From contig DEWF01000010.1 of NCBI GenBank assembly GCA_002363545.1, positions 80,412-144,411 of the forward strand: a DNA stretch of 64,000 nt. The letters run 5' to 3'. The notes under the pieces are model-generated. The model did not search any database, was not told the DNA's origin, and saw nothing but the letters and a program-made list of their open reading frames with translations. The DNA is from Christensenella sp. UBA3217 (GTDB lineage Bacteria; Bacillota; Clostridia; Christensenellales; CAG-1252). A program made the position numbers and the translations under genes. This document shows positions 54,189 to 63,914 of this stretch, in pieces (the stretch's first letter is position 1; every line of letters begins with the position of its first letter).

Positions 54189-55111
54189 AGGAAGAATTGC
54201 ACGCCTTGGAAGGGGCGGGAGCGGGAGATCGCTATATCTCCGCGCTGCTTTCTTTCGGCGGTGCCCTCGGCAGAGAGGAAAAGGGGCTTTATCTTTCCTA
54301 TACCACCCACGATTACCTTCTTGCTTGGGAAATGGCGGGGTATATGCGCGAGCATTATCGCTATCACGGCGAGGTGAGCATCGTGGATCCCGATGACAAA
54401 CGGCGCAACCGCGTGTATTGCTTTGAAATGCGGGGCAAGGCGGCGTTGGACCTTTTGTCCGACCTTGGCAAGATCAAGCGCGAAAAGGAAGAGATCGTTT
54501 CCTTTGACCTGGGCGTAAAAAGCAAGATCGCTTCGGAAAAGGATGCGGGAGAGTACGCACGCGCCGTGTATCTTTCCGTGGGCAGTTTGACCCGCGCGGC
54601 GGAAGGGTTGCGCTTGGAAATGGTGTTTGAACTGGAAAGTGATGCGGACGCTTTCTTGGCTTTTTTGAAAAAGGAAGATATTCTTCTCAGCAAATCGGAA
54701 AAGGGCAATAAGATCACGTTGCACACCCGTAAGGGACAAACCATCTCGGACTTTTGCGCCTTGATGGGGGCAAACAAGAGCGTGCTCGTTTTGCAGGACA
54801 TGCTGGTGCAAAAATACGTGGACGGTAAAACGGCGCGCGCGGGGAACTTGATGCTTGCCAATACCGACAAATCGGTTTCCGCGGCTATCCGCCAATATCA
54901 TGACGCTGTCACCTTGCGTGACGCGACCTGCGGTTTTATCGGGGTGCCCAAGGAGATCAAGGACGTGGCGGAAGCGCGCATTGAGCACGCGGATATTTCC
55001 TTGGATGAACTTGTGGAACGCTTGCCCGAAAAGATCACCAAGAGCGGGCTCTACCATCGCTTGCAAAAGTTGCACGAGTTAGCGGAGAAGATCAGGGAGG
55101 AAGGCAAATGA
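54167..55111 (+). CDS. whiA: Sporulation/cell-division regulator WhiA
   Basis: 314 aa. The N-terminus (LTDKELKEEL) has a degenerate LAGLIDADG-like fold pattern. C-terminal HTH (DISLDELVERLPEKITKSGLYHRLQKLHELA). Confidence 0.8.
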   Translation: MLTDKELKEELHALEGAGAGDRYISALLSFGGALGREEKGLYLSYTTHDYLLAWEMAGYMREHYRYHGEVSIVDPDDKRRNRVYCFEMRGKAALDLLSDLGKIKREKEEIVSFDLGVKSKIASEKDAGEYARAVYLSVGSLTRAAEGLRLEMVFELESDADAFLAFLKKEDILLSKSEKGNKITLHTRKGQTISDFCALMGANKSVLVLQDMLVQKYVDGKTARAGNLMLANTDKSVSAAIRQYHDAVTLRDATCGFIGVPKEIKDVAEARIEHADISLDELVERLPEKITKSGLYHRLQKLHELAEKIREEGK

Positions 55112-55344
55112 AAAGCAAGCATATTGCGTTAAAGGATCTATCTCTTTCCCTTGCCAAAACGGTGGCGGAAAGGGCGGCGGCATATAACGCCGATATCCGC
55201 ATCGTTTACCGTGACAAGGGCGCGAACGCCAAGAGCTTGATGGGGATCATTGCCCTCTCTTATAAAAAGGGCGCGGAATTGCTGCTGGTTGCCGAAGGGC
55301 GGGATGCGGCTCGCGCGATCGAACAATTGAAAAGCATTCTGTAA
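55108..55344 (+). CDS. crh: HPr-family protein, Crh-like (Ser46 context present, His15 absent)
   Basis: 78 aa. ANAKSLMGIIALS matches the HPr Ser46 loop. The position equivalent to His15 is occupied by LSLSLAKT. Confidence 0.7.
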   Translation: MKSKHIALKDLSLSLAKTVAERAAAYNADIRIVYRDKGANAKSLMGIIALSYKKGAELLLVAEGRDAARAIEQLKSIL

Positions 55345-55356
55345 ACGGAGAACCTT

Positions 55357-58300
55357 ATGAGAGATTTTGTTCACTTACATTTACACAGCGAATACAGCCT
55401 GCTCGACGGCGCCGCCAGAATAGACCGCCTTTTCAAAAAGGCAAGGGACCTTGGTATGCGCGCCGTGGCCATAACCGATCACGGCAATATGTACGGTGCG
55501 GTAGATTTTTTCAACGCCGCTCAGGCGGATTTTGAGTCGGTGGTCAAAGCGCGTATCGTGGAAGAGAAAAAGGCGGCGGGAGAGGACGTATCTCCCGACG
55601 ACGTGTTCCCCACCGAAGAGGATTACAAACGTTTTAAGGATCTTAAAATCAAACCCATCATCGGCTGTGAGTTCTATATGTGCGAGGACTTAAAGGTCAA
55701 GGAGAGAACCAGCCAAACCTATCACTTGATCCTGCTTGCAAAAGACCTTACCGGCTATTATAACCTTTGCAAATTGAACACCATCGCTTGGGTGGACGGC
55801 TTTTATACCCATCCGAGAATCGATTTTGAAGCCTTAAAGGCGCATTCCGAGGGGTTGATCTGCCTTTCCGCCTGTATTGCGGGCATCATTCCGCGCGCGA
55901 TACGAAACGATGAATTCGATCGTGCCCGCGAACTCTCCCTTTGGTTTAAGGACGTGTTTGGCGATGACTTTTATTTTGAAGTGCAAAACCACGAGATCCC
56001 CGATGAAAAGAAGGTGGTGGTAAACCTTATCAAGATGAGCCGTGAGCTCGGCATCAAACTGGTGGCAACCAATGACGTGCACTATATAGACAAAGAGGAC
56101 GAGGAGATGCAGGACGTTTTGATCTGCATCGGCACGGCGCATTACATTGATGACGAGATGCGTATGCGTATGAACGGTCCTTATTACTATTTTAAGAGCG
56201 GGGAGGAGATGGAAGAGCTGTTTCCAAACCTTCCCGAGGCGCTGGATACCACACTGGAAATTGCCGAAAAGTGCAACGTGGAGATCAAGTTCAAAATGCC
56301 CCTTTTCCCGCCCTACGTGCCCCCTACGGGCGAAACCCCGGGCGATTATTTGCGCAGGCTTGCGTACGAGGGCATCGTAAATCGTTATCCCGTGATCACG
56401 GATGAGATCAAGGAGAGAATGGAATACGAACTTTCCGTTATCATCACGATGGGTTTTGCGGAGTATTACCTGATCGTTTGGGACTTTATCGATTATGCGC
56501 GCCGTCACGATATCCCCGTTGGCGCGGGACGTGGTAGCGGCGTGGGCAGTATCATTGCGTATGCCATCGGCATTACGAACGTGGATCCCCTCCGTTATAA
56601 CTTGATCTTTGAGCGCTTCTTGAACGTTGAGCGCGTGTCCAACCCCGATTTTGATATTGACTTTTGCATGGAAGGCAGAGAACAGGTTATCCAGTACGTG
56701 CGCGAGAAGTACGGCCCCGAGCGCGTCACCAGGATCATTACCTTTGGTACCCTTGCCGCCAAGCAAGCCATTAAGGACGTGGCTCGCGTGTATCGTGTGC
56801 CTTATGCGGACGTGGACAAGCTGGTAAAAATGCTCCCCGAAGCAAACGGCAAAATGACCATTAAAGGTATTTTGGGAAGAGATCCCAAGCACAACGAGCA
56901 AAAGAGCGCGGACGTGATCCAACTTTACGAAAGTGATCCCATGATCCGCAAGGTGCTGGATATGGCGCTCAAAGTGGAAGGCATGCCGAGAAACACAGGT
57001 ATGCACGCCGCGGGCGTTGTGATCTGTAAGGAGATCGTGGGAGACTTCGTGCCCCTGCAACGAAACGGGGAAGTGGTGACCACCCAATACCCCAAGGATC
57101 AAGTGGAAGCGTTGGGCATGCTCAAAATGGACTTCCTGGGCTTGGTCACGCTGACTGACGTGCACAAGGCAAAGATCTATATCAAAGAGAACCACGGTGT
57201 GGACGTGGATTTCTCCAAACTCGGCTATGATAACCCCGAGGTGTATAAGCTTATCGCATCGGGTGATACCGACTCGGTGTTCCAGCTTGAAAACGGCGGT
57301 ATGAAAGCCTTTATGATGCAACTTCGTCCCACCTCGCTCGAAGATATCATTGCAGGTATCTCTCTCTATCGTCCGGGCCCCATGAGCAGTATTCCCAAAT
57401 ACATCGAGAACAAGAACAACCCCGAAAAGGTCACCTATTTGGACGAAAGGCTTCGCCCCATTCTGGAAATGACTTACGGCTGTTTGGTGTACCAAGAGCA
57501 GGTGATGCAGATCGCGCGTGAGATCGCCGGATACAGCTACGGCAGGGCGGATATCTTGCGCCGTATCATGAGCAAAAAGAAAGCCAAGTTGATGGACGAG
57601 CAAAAGAAAATATTCTTCTACGGTTCGCCCGAGGATAAAAAGAAAAAGCTCACCGCGGTGGAAGGCGCTTTGAAGCGCGGCGCTTCGGAAGAAGTGGCAA
57701 CCAAGCTCTTTGACGATATGGCGGACTTTGCCAAGTACGCGTTCAACAAATCGCACGCCGCTGCGTACGCCGTGCTTTCCTATGAAACCGCTTATTTGAA
57801 AAAGTATTACACGCCGGAGTTCATCACCGCCGTTATCAATGACCGCATCACCAACCAAAAGGAAGTTTCCAAGTACGTGAATTACCTGCGCAATAAGGGC
57901 GTGGAAGTTTTAAAGCCCGATATCAACGAAGGGGACGTGTTCTTTACCACAAACGGCAAAACGGTTCGCTTTGGATTGGTTGCGGTAAAAGCGGTGGGAG
58001 AGGACGCGGCGCGCCACGTGGTGGAGGAAAGAAAGAGCGGTGGTCCGTATAAGAATCTGTCTGACTTTTTCCGCCGTCAAAGGGTCATGCCCAACCGTGC
58101 CATGATAGAAAACCTGATCAAGGCAGGCGCCTTTGATTGCTTGGGAGAAAACCGCGCCACCTTGCTTGCCAATTACGAACAAGCCATGGCGGCCACCTCG
58201 GAAGATAACAAGCGCAAGCAGTCGGGACAATTCTCCCTCTTTGACGAGATAGAGGAGTTGAATTCGGATATCGATATCGTAAAGATGGCGGAACTACCCA

Positions 58301-58998
58301 AAAAGCAAATTTTGGAGAATGAATACGAAGTATTCTCCCTTTACCTTTCCGGCCACCCGCTGGAAGATTACAAGGAAGCCTACAAGTCGGTTGCGTTTAC
58401 CACCGCACAGGTCATTGAACTAGAAGAGGCGGCGCTTGCCGCGCAGGAAAACGAGGAGCAAGCGGCAGCCATCCCTTCGCTGGACGGCGCGCAGGTGACG
58501 GCGGCGGGCATGCTTTTGGACGTGACCAAAAAGGTGGGAAAAACGGGCAACGAAATGGCGGTTTTCAAAGTGCAGGACTTGGACGGTACGATGGAAGCCA
58601 TTGCCTTTGGCAATACCTATACCCGCTACAAGGATCTTTTGAAAACAGGCAATATCGTTCTCTTAGACGGCGCCCTCAAAAACAAGGACGGCATGTACAG
58701 CTTGAACGTTCGCGCGGTGCGTGAATGGAAAAAGCCCGATGCCGCCGCGGAAGGCTCGGCGGAGGCGCCCAAGAGAAACGTGGTGTTCATCGTAAAGTTC
58801 CCGCACGATTACGCCGCCCTTTACCCGAGGGTGAAAGAGATCTGCTCGGCGTTCAAAGGCCCCATCGAAGTGTATTTCCAAATAGACGGCAAGTATTACC
58901 GTCACGATCAAACGGTGGCGGATAGCGATGCCTTGATAGCGGAGCTGTACGGTGTGGTAGGGCCCGAAAACGTGGAAGTAAAAGAACGCAAGAAGTAA
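55357..58998 (+). CDS. dnaE: DNA polymerase III alpha subunit (DnaE-type)
   Basis: PHP domain (FVHLHLHSEYSLLDGA), palm/fingers blocks (GAGRGSGVGSIIAYAIGIT, PDFDIDF, LKMDFLGL, FNKSHAAAYA) and an OB fold near the C-terminus. Confidence 0.95.
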   Translation: MRDFVHLHLHSEYSLLDGAARIDRLFKKARDLGMRAVAITDHGNMYGAVDFFNAAQADFESVVKARIVEEKKAAGEDVSPDDVFPTEEDYKRFKDLKIKPIIGCEFYMCEDLKVKERTSQTYHLILLAKDLTGYYNLCKLNTIAWVDGFYTHPRIDFEALKAHSEGLICLSACIAGIIPRAIRNDEFDRARELSLWFKDVFGDDFYFEVQNHEIPDEKKVVVNLIKMSRELGIKLVATNDVHYIDKEDEEMQDVLICIGTAHYIDDEMRMRMNGPYYYFKSGEEMEELFPNLPEALDTTLEIAEKCNVEIKFKMPLFPPYVPPTGETPGDYLRRLAYEGIVNRYPVITDEIKERMEYELSVIITMGFAEYYLIVWDFIDYARRHDIPVGAGRGSGVGSIIAYAIGITNVDPLRYNLIFERFLNVERVSNPDFDIDFCMEGREQVIQYVREKYGPERVTRIITFGTLAAKQAIKDVARVYRVPYADVDKLVKMLPEANGKMTIKGILGRDPKHNEQKSADVIQLYESDPMIRKVLDMALKVEGMPRNTGMHAAGVVICKEIVGDFVPLQRNGEVVTTQYPKDQVEALGMLKMDFLGLVTLTDVHKAKIYIKENHGVDVDFSKLGYDNPEVYKLIASGDTDSVFQLENGGMKAFMMQLRPTSLEDIIAGISLYRPGPMSSIPKYIENKNNPEKVTYLDERLRPILEMTYGCLVYQEQVMQIAREIAGYSYGRADILRRIMSKKKAKLMDEQKKIFFYGSPEDKKKKLTAVEGALKRGASEEVATKLFDDMADFAKYAFNKSHAAAYAVLSYETAYLKKYYTPEFITAVINDRITNQKEVSKYVNYLRNKGVEVLKPDINEGDVFFTTNGKTVRFGLVAVKAVGEDAARHVVEERKSGGPYKNLSDFFRRQRVMPNRAMIENLIKAGAFDCLGENRATLLANYEQAMAATSEDNKRKQSGQFSLFDEIEELNSDIDIVKMAELPKKQILENEYEVFSLYLSGHPLEDYKEAYKSVAFTTAQVIELEEAALAAQENEEQAAAIPSLDGAQVTAAGMLLDVTKKVGKTGNEMAVFKVQDLDGTMEAIAFGNTYTRYKDLLKTGNIVLLDGALKNKDGMYSLNVRAVREWKKPDAAAEGSAEAPKRNVVFIVKFPHDYAALYPRVKEICSAFKGPIEVYFQIDGKYYRHDQTVADSDALIAELYGVVGPENVEVKERKK

Positions 58999-59047
58999 AG
59001 CGTTGATTTTTTTGGTTTGTACTGAAAGAGCACTTGAATTATGATAA

Positions 59048-59082
59048 AAGGGTCCTGCGCAGAGTGCGCGGGACCCTTTTTA
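59048..59082. terminator. Bidirectional terminator between dnaE and a lipoprotein gene
   Basis: Stem GGGTCC...GGACCC with an inner GCGC pairing, flanked by A and T runs. Confidence 0.8.
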
Positions 59083-59104
59083 TGGTATTGCTTTACAGAT
59101 TGAT

Positions 59105-59827
59105 TTAGCAGTGGAAAGAAAGGCTCACCGTATAAGTGACGCTCTCCATAAGACCGGTATCTTCGTTGCCATCCAACCACAAAAGGGCAACGATCTCTCT
59201 GGTTTGGTAGCTCGTTAAAATGCCAAGGTCAAGAGAGGTGGTGGCGGGAAGGTTGGCAAGGGAGGCAGGCGTATTTCCTTCTTCAATGATGCCGTAAGTA
59301 ACGGGCGCCTCTTCATAGGGTGCCAAAACACCCTTTAAAACGTACGCGTCGGGGAAGGATTCGTCCTTCGCAAAGATGGCAAGGCGCAATGCGGAAAGAC
59401 GACTGCTTTCCTCGCTTGCGGCAAAGGTGGCATCCAGATGTAAGGTCAAACTGTTTCCGGAAATGTTTTGAACGTAAATGGGATCGTTAAAAAGCAAAAG
59501 AGGTGAAGTCTGTTGCGGCTTAAAGAAGGTAAAATTACTTCCGTCATAATGCAGGTATGCCATGGAAAACTCCACATCGGATGTTGTGTTATCCGTGATC
59601 AAAGAACGGGGGACCATGGTAAGACCTTCCTCATCCGTTATGGTAGCATCAAACTCCATATTGGGAACGGGACCGAATTCGCTGCCGAGTTCTAATGATT
59701 CGCATACTTGCACGTGCGCAAAAATGCTTAAGTGCCGTTCGTCATCTTCCACGGGGCTGGAACAGGCTGTGAAAACCAAAGTAAGCCCCAAGACCAAAAC
59801 AAGGGAAAGAACGAGCAACTTTTTCAT
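59105..59827 (-). CDS. Lipoprotein, unknown function
   Basis: MKKLLVLSLVLVLGLTLVFTAC lipobox. 240 aa with beta-rich composition. Confidence 0.6.
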   Translation of the reverse strand: MKKLLVLSLVLVLGLTLVFTACSSPVEDDERHLSIFAHVQVCESLELGSEFGPVPNMEFDATITDEEGLTMVPRSLITDNTTSDVEFSMAYLHYDGSNFTFFKPQQTSPLLLFNDPIYVQNISGNSLTLHLDATFAASEESSRLSALRLAIFAKDESFPDAYVLKGVLAPYEEAPVTYGIIEEGNTPASLANLPATTSLDLGILTSYQTREIVALLWLDGNEDTGLMESVTYTVSLSFHC

Positions 59828-60055
59828 AATAACCTCCCATCGGCGCGTTGCGTTTTTGAAAAGCGGCGCCTATGCTGTTTTGCGTATATTACTATCATAG
59901 CATATTCTCGTTGCATTTATCAAGTGTATATTTTTTTTCGCGGGGCGCGTTTTGTCGTTTTTTGTCACGAGCATTTTCTCTCTCCCCTTCAAAAATATCA
60001 CTTGTGCCACTGTGCGGAATAATGCTATAATAGCATTATAAAAAAGGAGCGGCTT

Positions 60056-61018
60056 ATGAAAAGAATAGCGGTTTTAACTTCGGGCGGAGACGCCCCCGGC
60101 ATGAACGCCGCCATCCGTGCGGTGGTCAGAGCGGCAAACTTTCATCATATAGAGGTGTACGGCGTTTCACGCGGGTACTGCGGCCTTATCGAGGGAGATC
60201 TGCAAATGCTTTCCCGCAGGAGCGTGTCCGATACCATTCAGCGCGGCGGCACCATATTGAAAACGGCGCGTTCCGTGGAATTTACCACATACGAAGGGCG
60301 CAAAAAGGCGGCGGAAGTCCTTTCCGAACGCGGCATAGACGGTTTGGTGGTGATCGGCGGTGATGGTTCGCTACGCGGCGCGAACGATCTTTGGAAAGAA
60401 TTCGGCGTTAAAACGGTGGGCGTGCCTGGCACGATCGATAATGACCTTGGTTATACCGACCGCACCATTGGGTTTGATACCGCGGTGAATACCGCGCTTT
60501 CCGCCATCAACAATCTGCGTGATACCATGAGTTCGCACGACCGTGTGGTCATCGTGCAGGTCATGGGCAGGCACAGCGGTGAGATCGCTTTGCACGCAGG
60601 GCTTGCGGGCGGCGCGGAAGTGATCCTCGTGCCCGAAAAATCGGTGGATCTTGATGACGTTGCGTCCATTCTGAACCGTGGCAAAGCGGTGGGAAAAACC
60701 AGCGGCATCGTGGTGCTTGCGGAGGGCGCCATGCCTTTGGATGAAGTGATGAGCGAACTGAAAGAACGCACGGGGCTTTCCTTCCGTTCCACCGTGCTTG
60801 GGTATATCCAGCGCGGCGGTTCTCCCAGTATGGAGGATAGGGTGCTGGCAAGCCGTTTGGGCGTAAGAGCGGTGGAGCTTTTGAAGGATAACAAAGGCGG
60901 CAGAGTGGTTGGCGTAAAGGGCGGGGAAGTTATAGATCTGCCCATTTCCGAGGCGTTAGCCATTGCTCCGCGCTTTGACGAAGTGCTTTACGAGCAGGCG
61001 AAAATGCTGAGTTTGTGA
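60056..61018 (+). CDS. pfkA: ATP-dependent 6-phosphofructokinase
   Basis: IAVLTSGGDAPGMNAAIRAVVR, GGDGSLRGA, PGTIDNDL and MGRHSG. Confidence 0.95.
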   Translation: MKRIAVLTSGGDAPGMNAAIRAVVRAANFHHIEVYGVSRGYCGLIEGDLQMLSRRSVSDTIQRGGTILKTARSVEFTTYEGRKKAAEVLSERGIDGLVVIGGDGSLRGANDLWKEFGVKTVGVPGTIDNDLGYTDRTIGFDTAVNTALSAINNLRDTMSSHDRVVIVQVMGRHSGEIALHAGLAGGAEVILVPEKSVDLDDVASILNRGKAVGKTSGIVVLAEGAMPLDEVMSELKERTGLSFRSTVLGYIQRGGSPSMEDRVLASRLGVRAVELLKDNKGGRVVGVKGGEVIDLPISEALAIAPRFDEVLYEQAKMLSL

Positions 61019-61096
61019 AAAACGTTTGCGATATTTCTTCTCGCGTGCGATAATAGGGAAAGATAATACAAGGCAATATGCCTTATGGAGGAAAGT

Positions 61097-62338
61097 ATGA
61101 ACAAATTAAAAGGAGCATTGATTTTCGGTCAGTCGGGCGGTCCTTCGTCCGTCATCAATTCCAGCGCGGCGGGCGTTTTTATCGAAGCGCTCAAGCACAG
61201 CGACGTTATCACCAACGTGTACGGCGCAGCGCATGGTATCAAAGGTATCTTGGACGAGCAGTTTTATGATATCTCCAAAGAGGATATGAAAGAGCTGGAA
61301 CTCTTGAAAAACACCCCCTCTTCCGCACTCGGCAGCGTGCGTTATAAGCTCAAAAGCGCGGATGTGGACGAAACCGATTACAAAAGACTTCTTGAAGTGT
61401 TTAAGAAATACAATATCCGTTATTTTCTTTACAACGGCGGAAACGATAGCATGGATACCTGCAACAAGGTCAGCAAGTACATGGCGCAGTCCGGCTATGA
61501 GTGCCGCGTGATGGGTGTGCCCAAGACCATTGATAACGACCTTTTCGGCACCGACCATTGCCCCGGCTACGGCAGTGCGGCAAAGTACGTGGCAACTTCC
61601 ATTATGGAACTCAAATTGGATTCCACCGTGTATAACACCGGTATGGTGTGCGTGGTGGAAGTGATGGGCAGAAACGCCGGTTGGCTCACCGCGGCAGCAC
61701 AACTTGCTTCTTACAAGGGCTTGGGTGCGGATCTTATTTACCTGCCCGAAACTCCCTTTGATATTGATGAATTCCTTGCAAGCGTGAAAGAGGTTTGCGC
61801 CAAGAACGATAACAAGTGCATGGTTGTCGTTTCCGAAGGTATCAAAACCAAGGAAGGCACTTACGTGGGCGAATTTACCGCCAGCAAGACCGACCTCTTC
61901 GGTCACGCGCAACTCGGCGGCGTGGGCGCCATGCTTGCTAACCTCGTAAAAGAGAAGCTCGGCGTTAAGACACGTGCCATCGAATTCAGTTTGCTCCAAC
62001 GCTGCGCGGCTCACCTTGCCAGCAAGGTGGACGTGGAAGAAGCCTTTGCTTGCGGCTCCAAGGCGGTGCAGGCTGCCGTTGAGGGCACCACGGACAAGAT
62101 GGTTTGCTTGGTTCGTAAGCCGGGTAAGGATTACGTTTGCACGACCGAACTCATGGACGTGGCTCTTGCGGCAAATACCGAAAAGAAGATCCCCGAGAGC
62201 TGGATCCTTCCCGCGGGAAAGGGGCTCACGCAGGATTACGTGGATTACGCTCTTCCCTTGATCCAAGGGGACAGCAAGGCTCCGTTGGAAGACGGTTTGC
62301 CGAGGTTTGCAAAACTCAAAAAAGTGCTTGTTAAATAA
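61097..62338 (+). CDS. pfp: Phosphofructokinase, long (about 415 aa) PPi-dependent-type family
   Basis: GQSGGPSSVINSS, GGNDSMDT (Asp in place of the second Gly of GGDGS), PKTIDNDL and MGRNAGW. Confidence 0.75.
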   Translation: MNKLKGALIFGQSGGPSSVINSSAAGVFIEALKHSDVITNVYGAAHGIKGILDEQFYDISKEDMKELELLKNTPSSALGSVRYKLKSADVDETDYKRLLEVFKKYNIRYFLYNGGNDSMDTCNKVSKYMAQSGYECRVMGVPKTIDNDLFGTDHCPGYGSAAKYVATSIMELKLDSTVYNTGMVCVVEVMGRNAGWLTAAAQLASYKGLGADLIYLPETPFDIDEFLASVKEVCAKNDNKCMVVVSEGIKTKEGTYVGEFTASKTDLFGHAQLGGVGAMLANLVKEKLGVKTRAIEFSLLQRCAAHLASKVDVEEAFACGSKAVQAAVEGTTDKMVCLVRKPGKDYVCTTELMDVALAANTEKKIPESWILPAGKGLTQDYVDYALPLIQGDSKAPLEDGLPRFAKLKKVLVK

Positions 62339-62396
62339 GTATTAGGCAAACAAAACAGGGCGGGCGTACTATGAACTAGTGCGCCCGTATTGATAA

Positions 62397-63740
62397 ATGA
62401 AAGCAAAAGACGTTTTTACACTGCGCATAGATAGTTACGGCATGGAAGGAGAGGGGGTCGCCCACGCGGATGGGTATACCTTTTTTGTGCCCTATGCCAT
62501 GGCGGGGGAACAGGTGAAGGTGGCGGTGGATAGAGTAAAAGGCTCTGTGGTCTTTGCACATATCATCAAAATGCTTTCCCCATCGCTCGATCGCCTTGTT
62601 CCCGATTGTCCGCTTTTCGGTAAATGCGGCGGTTGTACTCTTCGACATCTTCCTTACGACTTGCAGCGGCAGATCAAAACGGAAAACGTGCGCGCTCTCT
62701 TTCGCAAAAATGCCGCGATCGAGCCGGGGGACATCCCCTTCTTCGGCAGCGGGGCGGACGCATACCGCAACAAGATCGCGTTGCCCTTTGGGGTTGAGAA
62801 TGGACAGCCTGTGCTTGGCATGTATAAGCGCGGCACGCATAAAGTGCTCTCTCTTGAAAAATGCCCCTTGCACGGGGAGTGGATAGAGCCGCTGATCAAA
62901 TGTGTTTTATCCTTTGTGAAGAATAACGACCTGTCGGTGTATGATGAAAGGAGCGGTAAGGGACTTTTAAGGCACCTTGTGGCGCGGCGTTTGCCTTTGG
63001 ACGGCGGGTTTACGTACAGCGTGATCTTGGTTGTGAACGGCAGTAAGATCCCGCAGGAAAAGGCTCTTGCGGAGTTGCTTGAAAGGACGCTTCCCGGTAA
63101 GGTGAGTTTGTACCTTTGCAAAAACACTTTGCGCAATAACGTGATCCTCACCTCCGACATTCGCACCGTGATGGGAGAGGATCATATTCGCGCGGAGATT
63201 TGCGGCGGCGTTTGGGAGGTATCGCCCCTTGCCTTTTTACAGGTCAACTTCCCGGTGGCGGAAGCCATCTATCGCCGCGTTGTCGAATGTATCCCGCAAG
63301 GCAAAACGGTGGTGGACGCTTATTCCGGAACCGGTATCATGAGCGCTTTGCTCGCCAACAAGGCAAAGAATGTGATCGGCATAGAGGTGATACCCGATGC
63401 CGTGAAGGATGCCAACCAAAACGCGGCGCGCTACGGCGTGGCGGATAAAGTAAGGCACCTCTGCGGGGAGGTGGAAAACCTGCTTCCGAACCTTGCAGAG
63501 GAGTTGGGCGAATATGTGCTTGTGGTGGACCCACCACGTGCAGGGCTGGATGAAAAGGTGGTGGATACTCTTCTTGCTTATCCCCCCGAAAGCATCGTTT
63601 ACGTATCCTGTTCTCCCGCAACCTTAACGCGCGACCTTGCCCGTTTGACGCAAAAATACAAGATAAACAGCGTGGAACTTTACGATATGTTTCCGTCCAC
63701 CCCGCATGTCGAAACGCTGTGCTTGCTACGCAAGCAATGA
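62397..63740 (+). CDS. rlmD: 23S rRNA (uracil-C5)-methyltransferase RlmD/RumA family
   Basis: TRAM N-terminus, Fe-S cysteines CPLFGKCGGCTLRHL plus a later C, SAM fold VVDAYSGTGIMS and DPPRAGL, and the catalytic Cys context VYVSCSPAT. Confidence 0.9.
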   Translation: MKAKDVFTLRIDSYGMEGEGVAHADGYTFFVPYAMAGEQVKVAVDRVKGSVVFAHIIKMLSPSLDRLVPDCPLFGKCGGCTLRHLPYDLQRQIKTENVRALFRKNAAIEPGDIPFFGSGADAYRNKIALPFGVENGQPVLGMYKRGTHKVLSLEKCPLHGEWIEPLIKCVLSFVKNNDLSVYDERSGKGLLRHLVARRLPLDGGFTYSVILVVNGSKIPQEKALAELLERTLPGKVSLYLCKNTLRNNVILTSDIRTVMGEDHIRAEICGGVWEVSPLAFLQVNFPVAEAIYRRVVECIPQGKTVVDAYSGTGIMSALLANKAKNVIGIEVIPDAVKDANQNAARYGVADKVRHLCGEVENLLPNLAEELGEYVLVVDPPRAGLDEKVVDTLLAYPPESIVYVSCSPATLTRDLARLTQKYKINSVELYDMFPSTPHVETLCLLRKQ

Positions 63741-63900
63741 ATTGCAACCTGACGGTTGCGTGAATTGCCCTGTCGGTCATGAATTGCCTTGCGACATGAA
63801 TTGCGCCTACCGGCACATTGCGGTTGCAATTCAATTCACGGAGCGAAGCGAGAAATCATGGCGTAGCCAATTCATGACGGTAACGCCGTCAATTCATATG
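63738..63900. repeat. Convergent array of ATGAATTG octamers (4 direct, 3 inverted)
   Basis: TGAATTGC occurs at 63738, 63761, 63780 and 63797. The inverted form (G/C)CAATTCA occurs at about 63826, 63868 and 63889. Confidence 0.8.
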
Positions 63901-63914
63901 TAAAGGAGTTTTGT

